Of a DNA stretch of 64,000 nucleotides, positions 24,633 through 64,000 are shown in pieces. Numbering within the stretch: position 1 is the first letter of the stretch; every line of letters starts with the position of its first letter. Made by a program: the position numbers and the translations under genes. A model generated the notes under the pieces. It was given only the letters and a program-made list of their open reading frames with translations. It did no database searches and had not been told where the DNA came from. Source of the DNA: Amoebidium appalachense (lineage: Eukaryota > Protista > Ichthyosporea); assembly GCA_963693365.1 (NCBI GenBank), contig CAVNZM010000009.1, forward strand, positions 3,660,231 through 3,724,230. Reading direction: 5' to 3'.

Positions 24633-25335
24633 AAAAAAAAAAAAAAAAAAGGTAAGGGGGAAAAAAGAAGGGGACAAAAAAAAAAGGAAAAAAGCAAAAA
24701 GCAAAAAAAAGGAAAGAGGCCCCCGTTTACATAAGCTACTCCACCCGGTGGCATTAAAACGTGAGGGGATGTGTGTGCAAGGGACGAACACAAAAAGGAA
24801 AAAAATAAATGCAAACCCCCCTGTGTTTGAAAAACAAAAAAAGGATTAAGGGTTCCATGTTTTTTAAAAAAAAAAGTTTACTCATTTTTCTGTAAATCTG
24901 TTGCAACACAGCAATCCAAAAAAAACTGCCCAGGCAGTTCGAAGAACCCGAATACCCCATGCGTTTCCCGGTATTTTTGCACTTTCGGTCGATGGAGAAA
25001 CCCACTAGAGGCTGGGCAGGTACAAGGGTTCCCCGGGTGTTTTGTGCAGGTTGTCCTGTTCCTGTGACGGGTTAAATTAAAATCAATACTAATTTAACAT
25101 TTTATATAGTACACATGTAATGCAGAAACACAAAGAAAACAGTAGCGGATAACCAACACTACATTTCAGTTGGGATGGGGATGCATATTTTTCTTATTTT
25201 TTTTTGCCCGATGATTATTACTTAGCTGGTGGTAGAATTTAGCGGCGGGAGGGAGAGGGGGAGGGGGGGGGGGGGGGGGGGATGACTCCACTCCAACGAA
25301 GAACTTGTTTTGGGTTTTTAATCGGTCTTTTTTTT

Positions 25336-25384
<49 letters not shown>

Positions 25385-25456
25385 CGAGTCGGTTATAACA
25401 AGGCACACAGGAAGGAGCGTCAAGACAATGAAAAGTGCCATTCAAACTCACATGCA

Positions 25457-47583
<22,127 letters not shown>

Positions 47584-49944
47584 ACAGATCTGTTGGCATG
47601 GGCGCTTGAGACTCATGCCCTGGTTTGTCATAAATGACTGCAAAGCAACCCCTTCATGGTTCTTACCCCAAGTACTATCTCGTATGCTTACAGGCCATTT
47701 ATCTGGCCAGGTCTTAAAGAAACCCAAAAACATTAACCTACGAACTCCGTCCCCTAAAACGCACGCACAAGAACTTGAAATCAATTATTCCCATGCGGAG
47801 CCAAACTCGCCTCCCTTCCGTTATAGAACAGATCTGTGTTTTTTTTTCAGAACGCCATTCAAAGTTGATCCTCTACGAGCTGCGAAAAGAAGATAGATGC
47901 CAGTGGAAAGCACATCAGTAATCATTCAAGGTAAAAACACTTGTATTTGGGCAATTCAGTATACTATGAGTGTTGTTCCACTCGCGAGAAAACGTTTGCA
48001 AGAGGAGCCACTGCACGCATCTCCGGATCCCTCCCTCCATGTACGTCTGGTGTTTGTGCCGCACCGCGCCAAAAAGCATGGTAATTGTGCCAAAATGATT
48101 CGCTGAGCGGTGCTCCAATAAACTATATCATTGGATATAAACGCACTTACTCTAATATAAGTGCTATGATTAGTTTAAAATCATTCAAACAATTTTCTAT
48201 GGAATGAATTTGTTGGACCTCTCTCCGAGGCTCCCAACTTCCCCAGCACTTTTCTCTTTTCTCTTTCTCTTTCGCATCATCTCTAACCTTACTCGCACAC
48301 AATCTTTCTCTCTCTCTCTATTTCTCCACCTTACGTATTCAATATATATCCTCCCTATCCTCTCTTTGTCTCTTCGCCCCCTCCTGTCTCACTCCCTCTT
48401 TCCTTCTCCCCCCTTCGACCCCATTCCCCCCCCCCACCCCCCCCCCCCCCCCCACCCCCACCCCCACCCCACTCAAACTCCCACCCTCCCCTCTTCCCCC
48501 CCCCCCCCCCCTCCCCCCCCCTCCTGCCGCCCCCGCCCCGCCATTTTCTGCATTTCACTTTATGGCACACACATTATTTTTTACTTATTATCCCTTTGCT
48601 CATGCAACCCTTCCGTGGCAACTTCCTTTCATGCCCAGCTTCGTGCTGCCGACGCCCACGAGTAGAGTGTCAGTGTTTTTGAAGAAGTATCCCGTTTCTA
48701 GTGACCGGGGGTTCTTAGGGGGGAAAAGGTTGAGGCAGCAAGGAGTAGAGTGACAGCACGAGATAACTACTTGTCGGCTCCCAGTAGAGGAAGGACTATG
48801 TGATCAAAACTGATGATGTGGTACACGAGCCGCTTGGTAGAAAGTTCGGGTGCGGGTGTGGTGAGTTTCAGGCTGTACATATGAGACTGACGAGTTGATT
48901 ACCAAGCTGTCTCACTGTTTTTTGCCCGTAGAGATATGGCCATGTTGACTTTGCACCTTTGCATTGTCATTAAACTTGTAGGTGCACGTACATTATTGCA
49001 GCATTCCCGAATGCTTTGCAGTGGGCCCACCTTAGCCTGTGTGTTAGTACTCGGCCCATTAATTGAATACCTTCCTGTATGTCAAGGTGAATATACATGC
49101 AAATGGAATAGGTTTTTTCTTGGATGTAGAAGCCAGGTTTTAGTCACTGTCTGAAGTCAGCCACATGGCATGCCGACAAGGACCCCTGACGCTTAATATG
49201 GCTACTGGCAGGCTGGCATTTAAACATTTGGAGTCAAATATAGCTGGATTCTCTTCAAGGCGGAAAGAAGAAACGCCCACACTCTCGCTTTCTCTATCAA
49301 GTACACTCAAACGAGTTGGTGTCGGACCGTGAGAGAGGCTTACAACAGCCGGCGCCGTCGGAGTACAAAATAGTCTGCGCTACGTTGACTATTGACACCA
49401 GCAATCTCTGCTAGTGTCGTAGCCATTGAGTGGCTCAGTGACGTCAGTGGATAGTCTGACAAGAAAACTGAACTTCGCCGAGCGCCCAGCTCTTTGCAGA
49501 AGCACTCGTGAGAACACATACACGGACACACACCATAAAGTTTGGTTCGTTATATGAAAAAGGAAGGATATACATACTCCATAGAAGGTAGTGAGGCTCA
49601 GAACCGGTTGTATAGGGACGTGGTTAACTCAGCTGACCACGCTTGACATCGGTTGTCCCTGATCTTGAAAAAAACTGGTTCCAGCTTCAAATTGCGTGTG
49701 TTTTTCTTTAGAAATCAAACCTTCAACACTGCTGCTTCCGGCGTCTAATGCACGATCCTATACCTCAACCAAATCTTTTGCCAGTGGGCAGTATTAACAG
49801 ACTACTTGCCTGCATATCAACTTTTTGACATTGACAACACCTTAAAAAAATTCGTCTCCTCAATAGCATTTTTTAGATCCTAAAAAAAAAGTATTTTCGC
49901 GCCAAGGATTTCAATTTACACAAGCAAAAAAAAAAAAAAATCCA

Positions 49945-50030
49945 ACTCCCCTTCATACGACATTGACATTTTCGTACACTGTATTCGACTCCCCTTCATA
50001 CGACATTGACATTTTCGTACACTGCATTCG
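49945..50030. repeat. 43-bp tandem duplication just upstream of the DDRGK1 ATG
   Basis: actccccttcatacgacattgacattttcgtacactgYattcg twice, at 49945 and 49988. Confidence 0.9.
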
Positions 50031-50051
50031 GTGATTGGGGAAGGAATCGTC

Positions 50052-58228
<8,177 letters not shown>

Positions 58229-58450
58229 GTGATTCTAAGGGATTTAAAAAAATGATTAAAAATCGATATTAGAAATCACCTTGCGGTCTAGGCTTTCTGG
58301 TCCATTTTTTTTTTTGTTTGTTTGTTTGTTTGTTTTTTGTTTGTTTTTGGAGATCGTAGTGGTTATGATTTATGCTATTGGGATAGGAAGGCTGTAATCG
58401 GCTTAAAAGGTCTGTAGAGATCTTCGCAGAATGCCCTCCAACCCCCCCCC

Positions 58451-58503
<53 letters not shown>

Positions 58504-59051
58504 ATTGATGAGTGTTGTGTTGGGTGTTGACTGTGTGGCGCGTGTTGATTGAAGTGTGACGAAGCATGATCAATAAGTTGGATGGAAGCCGGCCATATGG
58601 AGACTATGATGAACACATATTGCGTTAGTAATGGTTTCCGTTTTTGTTTTTTTTAACTTCCATTAGCATGTATGTATGCACATGAGCAGAAAGAATGAAT
58701 GTTTTTTCAACTTTTTTACAGAGCTTCCCATTCGAACTTTTATTATTCATGTCATGTACATATATGGTCAATCGTGGAAACAAGCGTGGAAACTACGGAT
58801 TGGTTGGTAAGATTTGTATCCCTTCCTGAGGTTCGGGTGGGTACATCCTAATAAACCAGCCCTAATAACAGGCTAGGAAGGACGATATTTTGAGTGTAGT
58901 TACTATGTGGTATGGTGCACTGAGCTTTTTATATTTTCGCTAAAACTAAAAGCAGTTCATGTAATTCCAGTCACACCAGAACGCTCTTTTGGGGTGGGTG
59001 GGTGGGTTTGAAGAGGGTGGGGATGAGGGGCGGGGGTGGTGGTGATAGTGG

Positions 59052-59143
<92 letters not shown>

Positions 59144-59600
59144 GGGGCTGAAAAGCAAGGGATAAAGGGGAAAAACAGGTGTGCATGTGTTTGATTTGTG
59201 CGTCCGAGTGCCGTGTGTGTGGCTATTCAAAAGTGAAGGTGAAAGGGGAGAGATGTTGCACGCCATTGAGCCGATGGTAACTTTAAAGGAAATTCGAGAG
59301 GATGGACATGGTATGGTAGCTAGGCTACCAGTGGTTTACGTGGGCTCGGTACCAATAAGTAGGAATATGCTTGGGTTAGGAAGAGTTTTATTACAATTAT
59401 TATTTGTTTTCATGTAACATGTTCACTTATTTTTGAAATTTTTCTTTTTCTTTTTCTTTCTTTCTTTCTTTCTATTTTAATTTATTTTAATATTATTTTT
59501 TTTTGTGTGTGTGTGTGGTTGTATGTGTGTGTGTGTGGTGGTGGTGGTGGTGGGGGGGGGGGGGGGGGGGGGGGGGAGGGGGAGGGGGGGGGGGGGGGGG

Positions 59601-59639
<39 letters not shown>

Positions 59640-60516
59640 ATAATCGTGTTATTGTGTGTGTGTGTAAACAGTGTCAACCACAAAGCATCACACAGCAGCA
59701 CACATGCATACAACATAGAAATACACCTCAGGGGCCCTTAAGATTGACTGAAACTAGCACTTCAAAAAATCTCAACATTGGCAAGCATCAGTTACATGCC
59801 TACTTTTTTAGGAAAAAAAAATTAAAAACTATACATGCGTGCACCGGTGGCCAGTTCATTCTCATTCGTACAGAAACATAAATAATTTTAACTCCATGGC
59901 CTTTCCAGAAGGGGAGGGGGATTATTCCAACCATTATAAGTCGGTCTGTACTCTACTATTATAGCACTTCGAACGAAAAGAAATTGATTGACATATAAAC
60001 ACAAATAACACCCGGCTCTGCATGTACCTATATACAACACAATGTGGATATTCCGAGCAAAACCCGATTTTCCGAGCAAAAACTGATATTTCGAGCAAGT
60101 TGAACATCGTCACGCCAGAACTGACTTTTTTGCCTGCATGTATGTGCCTCTAGCCACCATCGTGGCCGTGAAACCCCACAACGCCATTTACATTCAAAAC
60201 TACGAAAATGTTGAAGTTGAGAAATAAATGTAGTACAAACATGAATAAATATGAAAATCCATATTTACATGTGCTTGACTCCAGGAAAACATTTTTTTTA
60301 AGCCCTTGTATGATTCGTCTGTAAGTGTCCCGCAATTCATACGTGCACATCGAGATCTCCGCAAGATCCTATTAGTAACCCCTCCCCTCCCCCCTTCCCC
60401 CTCCCCCTTCTCCCTATCTCCCTTCACTTCGCCCCGACCCCCCACGCACACCCAGGCACGTGCGCACACACGCACACACACACGCAAGCGCACACACGCA
60501 TGTACGCAAGAACCCC

Positions 60517-60573
<57 letters not shown>

Positions 60574-60662
60574 CACATCTCGCTGTGGCTTTCAGTTCAA
60601 TTCCCTTCCCCCCTCCCCTTTTAATAAAGGAAAGGAAACATAAAATTTCAAAAAACTTCAAA

Positions 60663-61119
60663 CTACTTTTGCAATGTGCGACTATAGCTCAACACATGAC
60701 TCCCCGAATTCGGATCCACCGTGTAAACCGCCGCCGTCATCCTATTTCCGGTCACCTCGACCCACCAGAATCCAAGAACCCTGCCTTCCTGCCAGAATTT
60801 CGGGTATAGATCCGGATTTCCCAAAATGGTCGTTTTTCCCCCTGCGCCGCTAACGAAAAACGTAGTATTTCCGCAATTTTCACTTCCGGTTATCTACTGA
60901 AGAGAGTGGTCGTGTCCGGCAAAATAAGCGTCAACATTTGAACAAAATACATCTTTGAACAAATTTCGGAAAAGTGTACCGGAGGTGTAGGGGTGTCTTT
61001 CGCTTTCGGGCTGGGAGTGTGCGCTGGAACCCCCCGCGTTTCCGTGTTTTCCGTTGGACACAAATGGGTGGTGCCCAAACGCGAATTTCCAGGGTGCACG
61101 GCTTTGAGAGACCCTGTGT

Positions 61120-61150
<31 letters not shown>

Positions 61151-61213
61151 GAGAGGGTGCTGTGGATGTGTGTGTGTTGGGGGGGGGGGGGGGGGGGGGG
61201 GAGGGTGTCGTGT

Positions 61214-61286
<73 letters not shown>

Positions 61287-61784
61287 GGGGTGGAGGGACG
61301 AGGGGTTAGAGGGGGGGGGGGGAGCTGTCACATGAAGTGTGCGGTATGTGTGTGTGTGTGCTATGATCTGTGAGCACTCTGATATGGTTGTGATGGGTTG
61401 AAGGGAGAATGAAGTGGGTCAGGAAAAAATTAAAAGGTAATAGGATGATAGTTCGAGTAGGTGGCAAGGTCTTCTCGGGGGGAGGGGGTGGGGGAAGGGG
61501 AGGGGGATGGGGGGGGGGGGGAAACGGGGAAACGGGGGGGGGGGGGGGGGGGGGAGGGAGGAAGGGGGTGTTCTATCTTTCAAGAAAGAATTTCTCCTGC
61601 ATGATGTTGTACCGTTGGTGGTCGAAATCAGCATCCTCCCTGTTCCACACCCAGGTGCTTGTTTTGACCGCGAAAAAGTCTGCCAGGGGGGCTCCATCAG
61701 GGGGGACACTGAAAGTGTAGTAGCGGCTAGGCATCACCCATTTGGTGGTGAGTGTGCTGTTGGCGTAAAGAACCTGCAGGAAAA

Positions 61785-61818
<34 letters not shown>

Positions 61819-61891
61819 TTGAGTGAAACATGGGGGAAGGATTTCAGTAATTGGGGAATGTTTTTTTTTTTTTTTTTTTTGTGGGGGGGGG

Positions 61892-61930
<39 letters not shown>

Positions 61931-62003
61931 CTCACTGAAAGCTTTTCATGTGCCGATTTGATGGGCTTCAGGTGACACATGGGGGCCGGGGGGGAGGGGG
62001 GAA

Positions 62004-62038
<35 letters not shown>

Positions 62039-63427
62039 GGGGGGGAGGGAGGTTCAGTATGTGGAGAGAGAAGGGGTTTTCGAGTAGAGCATTCAGATGA
62101 TCCTCACCCAACACTTCCTGTCACCATCCCGTCACCCCCAAGCTCCGACAGTCTCTTCCCCCCTCTCCCCTCCCCCCCTCCCCCCCCCCCCCCCTCCCCC
62201 CCAAGAAAAAAAAGACACGCACACACACAGCGCGGGCGCGCGCGCATACACACATACACATACACACACATCACTCTTGGCAGCCCAACTGGAAAACATG
62301 CAGCATGAACTAATAGGAAACCCAATACATGACAAGAGAATACGACGCAAAAACACAGAAAACAAACATACCTGCAAGTCCCCCTTCGTAATGTTAGCCC
62401 CGTCACCTCCCTTCTCCAGTGAGTTGTCATGGTTCCCCGCCACGGCGAAAAACGGGAAAATCAAATTCCGGTAAGGATATTCAAATATCGTGGAGAATTG
62501 CGGGTCGTCGGCCGACACCGGCCCCTTGTCATAGATATTGTCCCCGAGTAATAGCGCAAAATCACACCCTCTCTCAGCGCACACACTTTCAATAGCAGTG
62601 GCGACCGCTGTCTGATTTTTGTCCGCTGTATTGAAAGAAGATAAGAGAAGAGCAAGGAAACCAAACTGTTACAGAAGAAAACACCGCAAAATGGAGGTAG
62701 GGAAAATGCGCGGGGTTGGAGGGGGGGGGGGGAGGGGAGTGGGGAGAGGGGGGAGTGGGCTGGAGGGGGAGGGGGCGGGGGGAGGGGAGTTGGGGCGTGA
62801 CTAAGGTGGTGTGTGTGTTTCTCTATAAGAGGAAAGCAAGAGGTCAGGGGGGGGGGGGGGGGGGGGTGGGAAAGGAGGGGGGAGGGGGGAGGGGGGGTGT
62901 TAAACTTGAATTTACTCGGTACAAAGTACACATCCACAACGGACAACACAATGCAGAGGTTGCAGAACACAACCAACGAGTAGAAGGGTGTGTGTGTGTG
63001 TGTGTGTTGGGGGGGGGGGGGGGGGGGGGGGCATTAGCATTAACCCATGCATTTTTAAGGTCCCTTTTCATTTCTGCTCATTGTGAAGACATCCAGATGT
63101 GTGGAATAACATGTCTAGCTCCGTGCAGATGTTGAGTAGGTGAAAATAAAAACATAAAAAACTATGAATTTAAACCACAGAAGAACATATCCGGCTGTCT
63201 GTTGTGTATGTGGGTTGTCCCAGTGCTAAGGCCAATGGATCACGTGGGGAGGAACAGGTGATTTTGTGAGATATAGTTTAAGCCAAGAGAGGAGAGGGTG
63301 ACTTGTGGGAGAAAGGGAAAGGGCAAGCGGGGGGAAGGGGGGGAGAAGGGGGGTGGGGGTTGGAGGGGGAAGAAGGTGTGTGTGTGTGTGTGTGTGTGTG
63401 CGTGCATGTGTGTTGCGCGCGCGCGCG

Positions 63428-63477
<50 letters not shown>

Positions 63478-63785
63478 CGTGTATGTGCGCGCGTACGTGT
63501 GTGTGTGTGTGTTAGTCAGTGTTTTTTTTGGGGGGAGGGGGAGGGGGGAGGGGGGGGGGAGGGGAGAAGGGAGGGGACAGGGTTGTTGTTGGGGGGGGGG
63601 GGGGGGGGAGAAGGAAAGGGGGGGGGGGAGGGGGGAGGCTGAATTACCTGTGCCTGTATCACCAATAGCAATGAAGCGAATGACCTTATCATCAGCAACA
63701 GAAGTGTACGGAAAGGGTCTGTGCGAGGTCGAGAGTGGCAGAGTGACGGACGGAGATGTAGTAGGCCAGACTGGCTTATTTTCAG
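60663..63785 (-). CDS. Purple / tartrate-resistant acid phosphatase (calcineurin-like metallophosphoesterase); 5' exon probably beyond the window; in-frame TAG and an AT donor
   Basis: Exons 63785-63648, 62625-62372, 61773-61577, 61113-60663. All metal-ligand blocks are present: [31 protein letters not shown]. After TAG 60896-60894 the frame stays open for 76 codons (FFVSGAGG...LGFWWVEV) to TAG 60665-60663. Confidence 0.9.
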
Positions 63786-63795
63786 CTATGCCAAT

Positions 63796-63960
63796 CATCC
63801 GCATACATAGTCAGTAACTGAGATATATTATGGAAACATCCGCATACATAGTCAGTAACTGAGATATATTATGGAAACATCCGCATACATAGTCAGTAAC
63901 TGAGATATATTATGGAAACATCCGCATACATAGTCAGTAACTGAGATATATTATGGAAAC
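63796..63960. repeat. 41-bp perfect tandem repeat, 4 copies
   Basis: catccgcatacatagtcagtaactgagatatattatggaaa at 63796, 63837, 63878, 63919; no spacers. Confidence 0.95.
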
Positions 63961-64000
63961 GAATTCGTGTGCTGCACAATACACAGGGTGCACACCTCGC

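Noticed and set aside
49612-49662. tRNA or other ncRNA at a small hairpin (cgtggttaactcagctgaccacg)
   Set aside because: No cloverleaf or T-loop/B-box consensus; too short to call.
63796-63960. CRISPR-like array (also considered for 1631-1744 and 23311-23436)
   Set aside because: Head-to-tail or two-copy repeats without unique spacers, no cas genes, eukaryotic context.

Overview
Eukaryotic, intron-rich genomic DNA. Introns are packed with poly-C/poly-G tracts, (CA)n and (GA)n, so almost all ORFs in the supplied track are spurious. Manual splicing gives six protein genes: (1) a LIM-class-like homeobox gene (+, ~353-7836, 5' end not found); (2) a spliced three-AP2-domain protein with a mitochondrial-presequence-like N-terminus (+, 14938-18675), faced by an inverted paralogue lacking AP2 domains; (3) an intronless secreted YVTN/YncE beta-propeller (+, 22051-23136); (4) a three-GAF class I cyclic nucleotide phosphodiesterase (-, 25457-47583); (5) DDRGK1/UFBP1 (+, 50052-58228); (6) a purple/tartrate-resistant acid phosphatase (-, 60663 to beyond 63785). 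There is also a broken LINE, two MITE-like elements and many local duplications. The gene set suggests a unicellular holozoan-like host (inference only). Main signals: three lesions in otherwise intact genes, each repairable by a single A-to-G change (TGA at homeodomain Trp48; TAG and an AT splice donor in the phosphatase), which fits restorative A-to-I editing, recent pseudogenisation or base-call error; the putatively mitochondrial AP2 protein; and repeated duplication of 3' splice-site regions. The assembly also shows apparent one-base homopolymer deletions, so every lesion-based claim needs checking against reads.
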